IMG/VR virus record: IMGVR_UViG_3300021964_000024
Location: 1-64,000 of that record
Length of the DNA: 64,000 bases
Reading direction: 5' to 3' (one strand)
Source of the DNA: a virus
Shown here: positions 18,751 to 29,331 of the stretch, piece by piece
Layout: each line of letters begins with the position of its first letter
Position numbering within the stretch: the first letter of the stretch is position 1
Position numbers and translations under genes: made by a program
The notes under the pieces: generated by a model
Told to the model about the DNA's origin: nothing
The model's input: only the letters and a program-made list of their open reading frames with translations
The model's database searches: none

Positions 18751-19926
18751 CTAGTAATCGCCATCAATTACGTTTCTTAGTGACAATTCTGAGTCAGAAT
18801 CTCCCACTGGAGTTAATCCAAACGTCAAATTATCAGAATCGATACGACTTACTCTTGGATCCCAATCAAATCTCTCTTGGTCTATTGTTTCCGTACTAGA
18901 GATATCGAATCCGGTCATACCTACACGTGCATTCCATACATCGGAATCTTCTCCGATAGGAGTACTACCAGTCAAGATGCTTGTTCCATCTGAATCATCA
19001 TCCAACGTTGGTGAGTTGGGTGACAAGAACTCTGCCATGCTAGAGTATAGTTTATCCAACTGAACAACAGTTAGATCACCTACGTCATTAAGATCGTTAC
19101 CAGTAAATGTTGGGTAGTCTGTTGACGGGGTTCTACCACCACGTCCAGATCCCATAATCATTCTGAACTGTATACGATCTCCGGTTGGGTCTGTTGGATT
19201 ATTAATATCAAACAATGCAGTGTGTTGTGCGTGTCCCCTTTCATCGAAGTCTGCAGTACCTTCCAATACGATTGGTGGTTTGATTGCTTCGCCTGGATCG
19301 AACTGTAACTCTTCAAATGATCCAGTACCAACGATCTGCGTTAATCCACCAAGGTACATCCCCGCAGGGTGAACCATCAACTTATATGCATCCCTCCATT
19401 GTGCAACCGATAATTCAGAACGAATCTGAATTGCATAGGTCTGGTACAGTTTGTTGTCTGTCAAATATCGAGCAGATTCCGCACCAACCCTAGATTCGTT
19501 TAACTTAAATATATATTGTTTCGTATAAACCACATCTGGTTCAATACCGAAGAAGGTCTTGAAGAACTGACGAATACTATATCGTGTACCCTTAGTTCTG
19601 TAGAGATAACTGGAGTATTTTACTGCAGTTCTCTTATCATCAAATCCTTCGAAATAATTCTGTCCTAGTAGATAGTCATCCTCAAAGTATTGTAAGAGGT
19701 CTAGATCTGTTTGACTTACGTCTCTTGTTTCGAAAACATTATTAAGGAATCTATTTAACGATCCGTCCTGCTCCTGAAGTTCGAAATACTTTTTTAAGAA
19801 GGATACGAACTTAGGATATTCCTGCAGAACGACAGCAGGTAAGAGAGAGTCAATTTGTTGTTCTCTTAAATTGAGGTCTCTACGAATAGTATCCTTTAAC
19901 GTTTTGTCAAGAGTAGTATTAGTCAT
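18751..19926 (-). CDS. Baseplate wedge initiator gp7-like (short form)
   Basis: YPKFVSFLKKYFE, LYRTKGT.YSIRQFFK, YKLMVHPAGM; directly after gp6. Confidence 0.75.
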   Translation of the reverse strand: MTNTTLDKTLKDTIRRDLNLREQQIDSLLPAVVLQEYPKFVSFLKKYFELQEQDGSLNRFLNNVFETRDVSQTDLDLLQYFEDDYLLGQNYFEGFDDKRTAVKYSSYLYRTKGTRYSIRQFFKTFFGIEPDVVYTKQYIFKLNESRVGAESARYLTDNKLYQTYAIQIRSELSVAQWRDAYKLMVHPAGMYLGGLTQIVGTGSFEELQFDPGEAIKPPIVLEGTADFDERGHAQHTALFDINNPTDPTGDRIQFRMIMGSGRGGRTPSTDYPTFTGNDLNDVGDLTVVQLDKLYSSMAEFLSPNSPTLDDDSDGTSILTGSTPIGEDSDVWNARVGMTGFDISSTETIDQERFDWDPRVSRIDSDNLTFGLTPVGDSDSELSLRNVIDGDY

Positions 19927-21944
19927 TAGTTACTGCTCGTTGTACGAAGTCCTTTTGCACTCAGTCGAGTATTATCATATTGCAATATGTATTCACGTTC
20001 TGGAACAATTGCACTTGCGTTCGCAGGAACACACGAAAGTTTAATCACCTTACTTTCATCTGCCTGAAATCCTACTAGATTGACCCTTCCTGTAGAGGCA
20101 ATATAAGACCCCACATTATCTTTTATTTTTTCACCTGTAGCTATATCAACAACCTGCAGTTTAGTACCGGCAGTTAATCCACTTACCGCAGAAACACTAA
20201 CTGTACCATTTACAGAAGCAGTAGATGTTGCAGTGACTAACCCAGTTGCAGTTGTTGTGGTAATAATATCCTGAATGACAATCGGTCTTCCGTAGATATC
20301 GTATTCTATTCGGTTAGAAGAAACACTTGCAGTCGCAGTCGGTTGTACCAACTCATTTCTGATCTTACAGTTCTTACCTCTGAACTTGAATGTAGAACTT
20401 TCAATGATCTGATTCTTATCGTCCGGTGTGGCGATAGGTACAGGGAAACTAAATTTAAAGTCCTGCTCTATTCCGGCAGAAGGTAAAAATCTTTGTTGCA
20501 TCTTGATATCTGCACGAGAAGAAAGAATCGCATTACTGACTTCATCCACATCTGCCAATATCTGAGATCGACGGAATGATTGACCAAACTTACCTGTGTT
20601 TGTAACAAAGTAATTTGTCATAGTGTTACGTACTTTTTCTTGCAACGCATTAATTGACAGGTTAGTATAGTCTGGGTTATACTGGAAGAATACATTTGCC
20701 TCAATAAAAGTCTTAATTGGATCTGTAAACTTCAATCCAAAAGAAGCGATTGACATTTGATCAACGAGTACACGAATGTTGTCTTTGGTTTGATTAATAA
20801 TCGTTTGAGTCAAGTCTGGTTTGAATTCAATCGATAAGAATGCAGTACCATACTCTGGTTCTAGATTGTCTTCTCCACCCCATGCAATAATATCTTTGAT
20901 CAATGCGCCATACGTTCTCAAAATAAGATTCGCATAGTCAACGTGTGTCACCATACGGTTTTGAGTTGCATATCGGAATGGTGCATTCTTTCTAATAGAG
21001 TCTAGTTTCTCTTTGTCTGCACCACCTACAGACTTAGAATTGGTTGATACGATAGGTAGTCTTTCTAGTCCAACACCACTAGGAGGTTCAGTTACCTCTA
21101 CAGTATTTATAGGTTCAAAAATTCTTGCACCGTTTGCGTTAGCACCATCCACTGCCAGATATTCTACAGTAATTTTAGAACCTGCTTTGGGTACTGCACC
21201 AAGTGTAGATCCGTTACCGAATGTTAGTTCGAAGAATCCGTTAGGTGCCTCTTTCAAAATGTATGCAGGTGTAGTAGCAGTGATCTGAGTTGCAGTCTCT
21301 AGATTTGTGTAAGTAGTAAAGTCGGCAGATGTCGCACTTTCAAACACCTTGATGACAGCAGTTGATTTATCCATGTTTTCGTCTGGAATAATATACAACA
21401 TGTTTTCACCAGTACCACCCGCAAAGAATGTCTTAGTACGAGCAATACCCTCATAGATAGGAATGTTTCTGTCACCATTCAGAGTCTTGAATTCGAAGAA
21501 GTTGTTACCATCGTTCAGTGCTTCGATTAATTCTTGTGTCTGGAAGGTATACGATGCATCATCCACTGCAGCAGTAAACTTGTATCCAGAAGAAATCTGT
21601 AATTTCTCTGGGACATTAGGAGTATTCTCTCCCAAGTTAAATGACATATTAATTCTTGCTTGAGATGCAGTTTTACTGCCGGGAATATACCCAAGAGTTT
21701 CTGCATGAGATACTACAGAACTTCTAAGTTGTGCGGTATTCAAGAACGACTCGTTCAGAGCAAAGTTTGCAGTAAGACCGTTGATGTGCGTATTATACGC
21801 AAGTACATCTAACAGGTTAGACAGACCAGATGCCTCAAAATCATAATCCGCAAACTCTTTCTGTTGTTCAAGATACGTCTTTAAATTATTTTTTATAGAA
21901 GTAAAATCTAGAGCAGATGAACTAATAGTTGTGGTTTGTGCCAT
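19926..21944 (-). CDS. Baseplate wedge subunit gp6
   Basis: LDFTSIKNNLKTYL, DYDFEASGLSNLLDVLAYNTH, TQNRMVT..DY. Confidence 0.92.
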   Translation of the reverse strand: MAQTTTISSSALDFTSIKNNLKTYLEQQKEFADYDFEASGLSNLLDVLAYNTHINGLTANFALNESFLNTAQLRSSVVSHAETLGYIPGSKTASQARINMSFNLGENTPNVPEKLQISSGYKFTAAVDDASYTFQTQELIEALNDGNNFFEFKTLNGDRNIPIYEGIARTKTFFAGGTGENMLYIIPDENMDKSTAVIKVFESATSADFTTYTNLETATQITATTPAYILKEAPNGFFELTFGNGSTLGAVPKAGSKITVEYLAVDGANANGARIFEPINTVEVTEPPSGVGLERLPIVSTNSKSVGGADKEKLDSIRKNAPFRYATQNRMVTHVDYANLILRTYGALIKDIIAWGGEDNLEPEYGTAFLSIEFKPDLTQTIINQTKDNIRVLVDQMSIASFGLKFTDPIKTFIEANVFFQYNPDYTNLSINALQEKVRNTMTNYFVTNTGKFGQSFRRSQILADVDEVSNAILSSRADIKMQQRFLPSAGIEQDFKFSFPVPIATPDDKNQIIESSTFKFRGKNCKIRNELVQPTATASVSSNRIEYDIYGRPIVIQDIITTTTATGLVTATSTASVNGTVSVSAVSGLTAGTKLQVVDIATGEKIKDNVGSYIASTGRVNLVGFQADESKVIKLSCVPANASAIVPEREYILQYDNTRLSAKGLRTTSSN

Positions 21945-22393
21945 TATCGTAACCTATTTAATTGTGTGGTAAATTCTACTGATTCATTAGAGTTTACTAC
22001 ATTGAATATAATTGTTACTTCCAAGGTGTTGTTGCCTTCATCAAAAACTGGAAGTACTTTTAAAGTCTTTGGATCAACCCTTGGTTCGAACGTTTTAATG
22101 TTTTGTGTGATTGCATACTTAATATCAGATATTGTTCTCCGATCACCTAATTCAAACAAATACTGTTGAAGGTTCGCACCATGGTACGGAGAAAAAATCT
22201 TCTCTGTGCGGTTAGTCATCAACAATAACTTAATCGATTGTTTGATTGCCGCAAGAGACGTTTTCTTATACACGTCACCAGATCCTTTCTTAGCAAACGA
22301 AAGATCGAGATCTATGTACTCACGGTTCTTGGTGGTCTTGACCGTTGTGGTCTTTCCTGTACCACCATCTTCTATTGAAAACGCACGTGCCAT
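21944..22393 (-). CDS. Baseplate wedge subunit gp25
   Basis: YIDLDLSF, AIKQSIK.L..T...E..F.P..G, FEPRV, C-terminal LNRLR. Confidence 0.9.
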   Translation of the reverse strand: MARAFSIEDGGTGKTTTVKTTKNREYIDLDLSFAKKGSGDVYKKTSLAAIKQSIKLLLMTNRTEKIFSPYHGANLQQYLFELGDRRTISDIKYAITQNIKTFEPRVDPKTLKVLPVFDEGNNTLEVTIIFNVVNSNESVEFTTQLNRLR

Positions 22394-22419
22394 TATGGGT
22401 TCCTGTAATTATACAATTC

Positions 22420-22427
22420 TATTTATA
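22420..22427 (-). promoter_or_regulatory. T4-type late promoter TATAAATA
   Basis: Exact intergenic consensus upstream of gp25. Confidence 0.85.
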
Positions 22428-23054
22428 CTAATTTTCTAGAACTTCGACCAGTTCATTTGCACTAAACAACTGACCATTGTAAAAGGTCTGTACACCCATT
22501 GCGAAATCTACGTCATAACTTTCCGTAACTCTCGGCATAGTGACTGCTATTTGTCCATTAATTACACCACTAGGATCCCACTTATCATACTCAAGTGAAA
22601 GCAGTTCATAGTTCATGTAGTCTTTCCAGTATTCCGCAACGTCGAATGTTCTTTCCAAATCAACTTTACCGAATTCGTCTATTACTTTATAGACTACAAG
22701 TCTGCCTTCTTGTTTGAGTATATTATCACCCCGAATCTCTTTTTCGTTATCTCCAAACCCTTCTTGAGGGCCACCACGGTATACTCCTTCAACAATAACC
22801 AATCGTATATCTTTGAATTGATCAGTTTTACCGTTAATGGATCTAAACAACTCTGCATGGAGATATAGGTTACGTGCGAGTTGTTTTAATTCGTCGTTCT
22901 CGTTCAACCTATATTTTTCAATCGAAGAGATACTGCAGGGATTGCCTGATCCTCCAAAGAACTTGGATAGAGTAACGCCGGGTGCAAGTTTAGTGCCCCC
23001 AGTAATTTTGTCCTGAAAATCTGGATTGAATTTTTGGTCGGGTGCTATAATCAT
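22428..23054 (-). CDS. Baseplate-associated protein, degenerate peptidase M15-like fold
   Basis: KLAPGVTLSKF...NL.LHAELFR...IVEGVYR resembles the M15A scaffold; no Zn-ligand His/Asp visible. Confidence 0.45.
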   Translation of the reverse strand: MIIAPDQKFNPDFQDKITGGTKLAPGVTLSKFFGGSGNPCSISSIEKYRLNENDELKQLARNLYLHAELFRSINGKTDQFKDIRLVIVEGVYRGGPQEGFGDNEKEIRGDNILKQEGRLVVYKVIDEFGKVDLERTFDVAEYWKDYMNYELLSLEYDKWDPSGVINGQIAVTMPRVTESYDVDFAMGVQTFYNGQLFSANELVEVLEN

Positions 23055-24538
23055 CTAAATCTCTTACCTCTATTGTTCACTGAATTACCCAGAGCATTAT
23101 ATCCATACTTTGGACTAATCTCTCCACCCTTCGAAACACGTCCTATTTTGGGCGGGTTAGTACTCTTCCAATCAGCAGCGAGTTTACTGTCAGCAACTAA
23201 CTGATCGATAACTTTAACTTCATAATCATTCATGTGTTCACGGTTTGTCTCATCTCTCATGGTAGATCTAATCTCATTGATAGTCGGATGTTTCTCATAC
23301 AGACCACCATAGTCATCACGCAACAATAGTGTGTTACGCATCTCATCCTCTTCATCAATAACGATGGGTTTGATCGAATGGAATCCAGTCATCAATAGAC
23401 TTGCAACCGCATCTGATCTTGGTACAGGTTTGACTGGTGCAAGGGTCTCTTGTTTTTCAATTGCCTGTAACCAATTATTGATCTGATCTTTTACTGTCGG
23501 ACTTGGTTGGCCAGGCGAAGTAGATGATGCGACTGTTGCAGTATTTGCTTTACCTGCATCCGAAGCATAGTCTGCAAACTGTGCATGGTTTGCACTGTAG
23601 GAACGAATTGCTTCGGTTGATTGTCCATGGAATGATCCATAGAATGCAGCACCGGAGTAGAACGGAACATCTCCCAGTGGCCCCATGTACACTGGCCCTG
23701 TGAACTCAACTGCTTCACCACCAATGAGACCTTTCATGGCAACAATAGACAGTTCCGTTGATTGAATGTTTGCATTGAGTGCAGACATGGTGAGTGCTTC
23801 TTCTGCAGATATTTGGAAATAGTTTCCGGTAAAAAACTCCATCTGAGCACCAACGTTGACCTTATTATATCCTTTAATAATTTGGTCATTATTACCCAGT
23901 ACAACATCAACCTTATGCTCAAGCGTTTTGTTTGTTGCAGTACCCTTGGTTTCATATTGAGTATTTGCACCAACAACAGTCTCTATATTCTTGCGTATAC
24001 TGTTGAACGAATTACCCTGTATGTTTAGGTTGTAGTCACCCCCAACGTTAACATTATAGTCACCTTGAACATCTAGGTTTAGATCTCCCTGATAGTGCAT
24101 CTTACCATTACCTTCAATAATAATGGTTTGATCTCCACCAGTGACTTCTACTCTGTTCTTCAGAGCGGATATAACTACAGAACCATCAGCACGGACTTCT
24201 ACTCCCGCACCCTTACGATGTTTGATGAGAATACGTTCACCGCCAGGCGTATCATCATATGAGATGACGTGACCGGATGAAGTCTCTTTTACTTGGTTGA
24301 ATGGAAAACGAGACGGTTCTTGATCTTCTAGATTCAGATCTAAGTTTTCAACACCACCACCAAGATAAAGGTTCTCTACCTTGAGACCACGAGCGGATCT
24401 ATTGATAGAAGATCCATAGTAGTATTCTCTCTTGGGATACTCACCAGTAGGATCTTGAAACCCATCAATAGGTGCACCTTCGGTGTTTTCTATCGCTTCG
24501 TTGTCACCTATCTTTGTCTTTTTAATCGTCGTTGTCAT
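23051..24538 (-). CDS. gp5 C-terminal part (central spike beta-helix)
   Basis: FQDPTGEYP, ETSSGHVISYDDTPGGERILIKH (compare T4 gp5), VxGDxNxx repeats. Confidence 0.85.
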   Translation of the reverse strand: MTTTIKKTKIGDNEAIENTEGAPIDGFQDPTGEYPKREYYYGSSINRSARGLKVENLYLGGGVENLDLNLEDQEPSRFPFNQVKETSSGHVISYDDTPGGERILIKHRKGAGVEVRADGSVVISALKNRVEVTGGDQTIIIEGNGKMHYQGDLNLDVQGDYNVNVGGDYNLNIQGNSFNSIRKNIETVVGANTQYETKGTATNKTLEHKVDVVLGNNDQIIKGYNKVNVGAQMEFFTGNYFQISAEEALTMSALNANIQSTELSIVAMKGLIGGEAVEFTGPVYMGPLGDVPFYSGAAFYGSFHGQSTEAIRSYSANHAQFADYASDAGKANTATVASSTSPGQPSPTVKDQINNWLQAIEKQETLAPVKPVPRSDAVASLLMTGFHSIKPIVIDEEDEMRNTLLLRDDYGGLYEKHPTINEIRSTMRDETNREHMNDYEVKVIDQLVADSKLAADWKSTNPPKIGRVSKGGEISPKYGYNALGNSVNNRGKRFR

Positions 24539-27066
24539 ACTGGTTTCTTCTTAACTAAGTCCGCTAGTGATACAGATGCGTCCACTAAAAGATTTTCATA
24601 TATTGATTTTTTACCAAACAGATTCTCTACATAAGACCTTACATCAAAATAAGGATCAGGAGATTCAGGATCAATATCATTGTGACCCAACACTTGACCG
24701 CCAGGCACTTTCTGATAAAATGCTTCAAGTAATGCCTCTAGAGTTTTCATCTGTGCTTGTGTGTAAGATGATGCAGACAGATTTAGACTTGGTGCATCTG
24801 CTTCAGTAGGAACATTGATACCACCGACTAGACACACATCAATACAATTTTGTTCATGTCCATTGATTTTACTTGCATCACTAAAATCGTCTATTGGTTT
24901 TCCTCTCTGCAGTCTACCATCACGTCTGATCACGAAGTGATACTGTAATCCATCATGTCCTGCATCGTTGTGTCTGAGGTGAATTTCCTCTGAACCTATA
25001 TTTGCATTTGTGTAGGTATCGGATGCATGGATAATTACTTCAGAAATTTTTCTGGTGATTTGACTGAACTCAAGTCCAAGTTCTTCTTTAGAGTCTACGT
25101 AAGTAAATGATTCTGTCGCAGCACCAATATACCTGTTGACCAGTTCTGCAAGATCTGTATCTTCCGTATAGAAATCTCCTACCTCTGCGGCAATTGATCC
25201 GGAGATAGTAGTATCCACTTTGTCCAGTGCACTTTCTACTTGGGTTATAGTACCTGATACTGCTTCTCTTTCGGCAGCAGGAACACCTTTCTCGATTGCT
25301 TTTTGATCTATCTGTGCAGACAAATCTGCGATATTATCTACATTGTCTAGGTCTACTTCTTGAATCGCTTCACGCATTTCAGGTGATAAGTTTGGATCTG
25401 CACCAAGAATAGCCTTTGCTGCTTTGGCTAGGTTAGCATCACCACCTTCTAGAATATCTTTAATAACACCTTCAACGACATCTCCTGCTATACCAAAGTT
25501 TGGTAGAATATCGTTCAACAGATTACCTACGCTTCCCGTCAGATCTTCGAATAGATCTTGTGCAGCACCAAATCCTGTGTCAATATCAGGTAGGAGACCA
25601 CCGACAAAATCACCAACATCACCTATTAGATCGTCAACAAGGTTACCAAGACCACCTGCTAAATTACCAGTCCCTCCAATCAATGCACCTACAGCCGCAC
25701 CAATGGCAGTATCCGTACCTATACTTGTTGCGTTACCGACAGTTTCGGCAAGAGCAGATGCCCCAGTACTTGCATATTCTGATACTGCAGTAATACCTGT
25801 CAATAGATCAGTGGTTGCAGAGTCTATACCTGCTTCATCTGGTGTATCAATTAATTCTGGTAAATAACCTTCGATATGCCCAATTCGATTTGACCAACCA
25901 TGAGTATAATCAGTGATTGTAAAGGGTGCGTTTGTCCCATCATTAATAGTGTACGGCCCAAACGGTTTGCCAATGATTGCCATGTTAATATAGAGGTTAC
26001 CCATATCTTGAGGTATTCCCCAAATCTTTGTACTTTGCTGATCCGAACCAACCCCTTTTCGTGAAAAGAATTCATCGTCATGAGTCCAAGACCAAGCGTA
26101 TGGATTTGGTTGTTGAGATAACCATACCAAAGGTATCCCAAATAAACCCGTAATTGGTTCAGAGTTAGGAAACTCAGATACCCAACACCGAAAGTATTGA
26201 CCTTCCCAACCCTGTAAGCCTGGCATATTACTCCAGACCCTCATACTACCTGCGACTTTTTTATCTAATTTATCTGCAGGTAGTATGTGTAACATAATAC
26301 TATTCGTAAAGCCAGCAGATGCAGGTAATCGGTAACCATGGACAGCGTGAAAAGCACCGTTTCTTTTAGCATGAGAATTGTATAGTAATGACTTCTGAAA
26401 ATAATCTAGTGTATTTGCATCCGCAAAAGGATTCTGGATTTTGAGTTTTATTGCGTTGACTTGTTTAGTGAATGAAGAAGGTATTCCGCCAGGCTGCTTG
26501 GTTGTTTCTGACGCAGTTGACGCAATACTTTCTATAAGTTCTACTTTTCTATCTGTTGACGTACCAATCGCAGTAGTTAATTGATCCACTGCCGCACCAC
26601 CTAGTGCGACTATTTCAATAGATTCAACTGGCGGTGCGAACCCCGTAATGTCTGTTGAGAGAACATTTCCAGCCTTGGAGTCTTTAGATGCGGGTTCTGG
26701 TTGTGACGTATTCGCAGTACCATCTGAGTCTACAGGATCATAATTACCACTACCGTCAGAATCAGGAGCATTCATTCTACCAGTATGTTCTACACTAACT
26801 AGATCAAAACTAGGAACAAAATCGGATTGGTTTGTTACTTTGACCAACTGTCCTGCTGTGGATTTACCACCCGTGGTTGTCATTTGGTCTAGACTTTGTA
26901 TACCTTTAAGACTAGTGCCAACCTTGATACCAAGAGCAGTTACGTTTTTAGCAGTTTTAACGTCCTGTGCCTTCTTAATTTTTTTCTGAATTTCATTAAG
27001 AGATTGTTCAGACGTTTTTGCCTTTGCTGCTAGTGCCTGATTAATTGTATCAATAGATTTAGACAT
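24535..27066 (-). CDS. Virion-associated protein with a C-terminal T7-lysozyme-like N-acetylmuramoyl-L-alanine amidase
   Basis: VIIHAS, QYHFVIRRDG, IDVCLVGG, YTQAQ, VLGHND..PDPYFDV. Confidence 0.8.
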   Translation of the reverse strand: MSKSIDTINQALAAKAKTSEQSLNEIQKKIKKAQDVKTAKNVTALGIKVGTSLKGIQSLDQMTTTGGKSTAGQLVKVTNQSDFVPSFDLVSVEHTGRMNAPDSDGSGNYDPVDSDGTANTSQPEPASKDSKAGNVLSTDITGFAPPVESIEIVALGGAAVDQLTTAIGTSTDRKVELIESIASTASETTKQPGGIPSSFTKQVNAIKLKIQNPFADANTLDYFQKSLLYNSHAKRNGAFHAVHGYRLPASAGFTNSIMLHILPADKLDKKVAGSMRVWSNMPGLQGWEGQYFRCWVSEFPNSEPITGLFGIPLVWLSQQPNPYAWSWTHDDEFFSRKGVGSDQQSTKIWGIPQDMGNLYINMAIIGKPFGPYTINDGTNAPFTITDYTHGWSNRIGHIEGYLPELIDTPDEAGIDSATTDLLTGITAVSEYASTGASALAETVGNATSIGTDTAIGAAVGALIGGTGNLAGGLGNLVDDLIGDVGDFVGGLLPDIDTGFGAAQDLFEDLTGSVGNLLNDILPNFGIAGDVVEGVIKDILEGGDANLAKAAKAILGADPNLSPEMREAIQEVDLDNVDNIADLSAQIDQKAIEKGVPAAEREAVSGTITQVESALDKVDTTISGSIAAEVGDFYTEDTDLAELVNRYIGAATESFTYVDSKEELGLEFSQITRKISEVIIHASDTYTNANIGSEEIHLRHNDAGHDGLQYHFVIRRDGRLQRGKPIDDFSDASKINGHEQNCIDVCLVGGINVPTEADAPSLNLSASSYTQAQMKTLEALLEAFYQKVPGGQVLGHNDIDPESPDPYFDVRSYVENLFGKKSIYENLLVDASVSLADLVKKKPV

Positions 27067-27926
27067 TACCTACCATCCGAATTTTTGAAATCATTGTATA
27101 CCATTTGTATTGATCCAGCGAAGTCTTCTTTGTGAGGTGCGTAATAACGACTGAGAATATCAGGAAGATTCTTGGGTTTACTCTTATCAATAACATCGCA
27201 ATTTAAAATTCTACTGTTTGCTTCAATGTGTGTAGTATTTAGTTCATATAGAATGAACGACAATTGACTAGTGAATCTTATCCATTCTCCAGTAAACGCC
27301 TTGAGTCTAGCGAGTCTTTCATTATTCCACATCATCAATCCAGTACCTTTCACAAGATCTTCGCCTAGTGTAAATCCGAAGTTCAACTGATTGATTACAC
27401 CAACAATAGCACATGCTTGTTTTAGAGTGTAGTTATTAGACATAAAGAACTTGACAGATGCCGCCAGTCTTGCATCTCGATCACCAAGATTTGGTTCGAG
27501 GTCATCAATTGCAGGATCATCTCTGTCAAGAGCAGCAATCGATAGGTTGTAAAAATCGATATCAGGGTTAACTCTTTCAAGCAGATCTTGGAAAGCAAGA
27601 CTCTGTTGTACCGCACTAGGATACTCTGTTCGAGGAAGAGACCCAAGGACTAAAGGAACTTGAGACTCTTTACCATCCATAAAGAATCCAAACACCAATG
27701 CACCTGCTTCTAGTCTTGGTGATGTACCCAATCCAGATACTCCACCTTCAGTCGATGGCAATACTACTTGTGCCCAAGGTAGGTCATTCTGTTTTACTTC
27801 TCTGGTAGATGGATTGTGTATCCCGTGTATACGCACACGTACACGACCCTCATATCCATACGGAGGAGATGCATCAATCACGTCAGCAATAAACCAACGC
27901 ATTTTGTCACCGTAATAATCAATCAT
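27066..27926 (-). CDS. gp5 N-terminal OB-fold fused to a degenerate phage tail lysozyme domain
   Basis: GRVRVRIHGIH, DLPWAQV, VFGFFMDG..SQVPLVLGS; C-terminal ACAIVG...GLMMW..ER...QLSFILYEL. Confidence 0.85.
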   Translation of the reverse strand: MIDYYGDKMRWFIADVIDASPPYGYEGRVRVRIHGIHNPSTREVKQNDLPWAQVVLPSTEGGVSGLGTSPRLEAGALVFGFFMDGKESQVPLVLGSLPRTEYPSAVQQSLAFQDLLERVNPDIDFYNLSIAALDRDDPAIDDLEPNLGDRDARLAASVKFFMSNNYTLKQACAIVGVINQLNFGFTLGEDLVKGTGLMMWNNERLARLKAFTGEWIRFTSQLSFILYELNTTHIEANSRILNCDVIDKSKPKNLPDILSRYYAPHKEDFAGSIQMVYNDFKNSDGR

Positions 27927-29331
27927 CGTTTGGGCCTTTCTCTAACTTAAAGACTGTCATCGCAACATCGTGTCGAGTGTCTTTAAAGGTATGTCTTGTA
28001 TTGTAAACAATAAAATCTCCACTACGGAATGTATCAAGTTGTGAAGGTGAGTCTGGATCATTATCATCACTCAGAACATTGATTCTAATTCTGTCACCAA
28101 CTGATCCTCCAGATCTAATGAATCCCGGCCCCGGCACAGTTACGTCAATCATGTTTTTAAACATAGCGTTTCGGTATGCCGCTGCTTCAATCTGTTTCAA
28201 GTAGTTGCCACTGTTTACCTCATCGTGTAGACTTTTCTTGTCACCGTATACTCCACGTGAAACTACTTTATGATATGTTTGTGAATCTAGGTTATGCAGG
28301 TAGTCCCCTTCTATGTTCACTGTAGAACCACTTGACAATTTCAAGCTTATATTAGGGGTCTTGTACAGATCATTGTACACGTTTTGTTTGGTGATGTCAA
28401 TCACACCTGCTTCATCTGCCTTACCCAGAGATCTATAGAAACTGTAGTGTTGGGAAGTAGTTCTTCCATTCGAAAGATCGGTGACTGTGTATCTAGCACC
28501 CAGACCACCCGATATCATTTGTTTCATGGTGTTCTGTATTTTAGAGGTCTTCATTGCTTGTACTTGGAAGTACTGCAGTGTAGGATCTGGACTCTCTTCT
28601 TGTTTCTGCGTATTCGATGGTGAGAAAATAAACGGAATGTCTGCGTTCCATGCTTTCTGTTGCAACATCTTTTCGAGCGTACCCAGTCTTAGTCTCTCAT
28701 CGTGAATCGACGCATATAAAAATACAGGCATACCTAACTGTGTTGTAGATTTTTCTACCAACCACTGAGCAGCTTCAAGTGGATGCATGTATGGAATGAT
28801 ACCCTTGAAATTTGTTTTTACAATTGGAGTAGCGGGTGTTTCGTTTGGTGGGGGTGTCTCATCTATATACGATAGATCAATATCCTTACCACACTCGTTA
28901 CCAACCAACTTCAATATCTCAATTTTTAGATCGTCTTTAATCGCTCTTGATACAAGTTTACTCTTACTGACTACTGCGTGTTCGTCTATAAAGGACAATA
29001 CATAGATAGACGATTGTCCGGAGTTAGAGGACTTGAGAGCAGTGTCTATACCTGTTAATATAAACTCTCTGTCCATAACTGTTTCTTCGGATTCTGTATC
29101 CGACAGTTCGGTCATCATTGAGATCTTCAACTTCTCTGTACCGGAAAAAGACAACCCATCAAAGACCGCCTTGTCATCCGATACTGCGATTTGTCCAGTT
29201 ATATAAGGTTTGTCTAGTGCTTCAAAGAACACTAGTTCTACAATCATTGATCTGATATCAATAAAGAAGTCAGTCAATCTAGAGGAAGTTATACTCGCCT
29301 CTTTGTATTTAAACTGTTGCTGTCTTTCCAT
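27919..29331 (-). CDS. Baseplate hub (gp27-like) tail protein
   Basis: FEALDKPYITGQI...GTEKLKI and C-terminal SGDFIVYNTRHTF; sits between gp53 and gp5. Confidence 0.6.
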   Translation of the reverse strand: MERQQQFKYKEASITSSRLTDFFIDIRSMIVELVFFEALDKPYITGQIAVSDDKAVFDGLSFSGTEKLKISMMTELSDTESEETVMDREFILTGIDTALKSSNSGQSSIYVLSFIDEHAVVSKSKLVSRAIKDDLKIEILKLVGNECGKDIDLSYIDETPPPNETPATPIVKTNFKGIIPYMHPLEAAQWLVEKSTTQLGMPVFLYASIHDERLRLGTLEKMLQQKAWNADIPFIFSPSNTQKQEESPDPTLQYFQVQAMKTSKIQNTMKQMISGGLGARYTVTDLSNGRTTSQHYSFYRSLGKADEAGVIDITKQNVYNDLYKTPNISLKLSSGSTVNIEGDYLHNLDSQTYHKVVSRGVYGDKKSLHDEVNSGNYLKQIEAAAYRNAMFKNMIDVTVPGPGFIRSGGSVGDRIRINVLSDDNDPDSPSQLDTFRSGDFIVYNTRHTFKDTRHDVAMTVFKLEKGPNDD

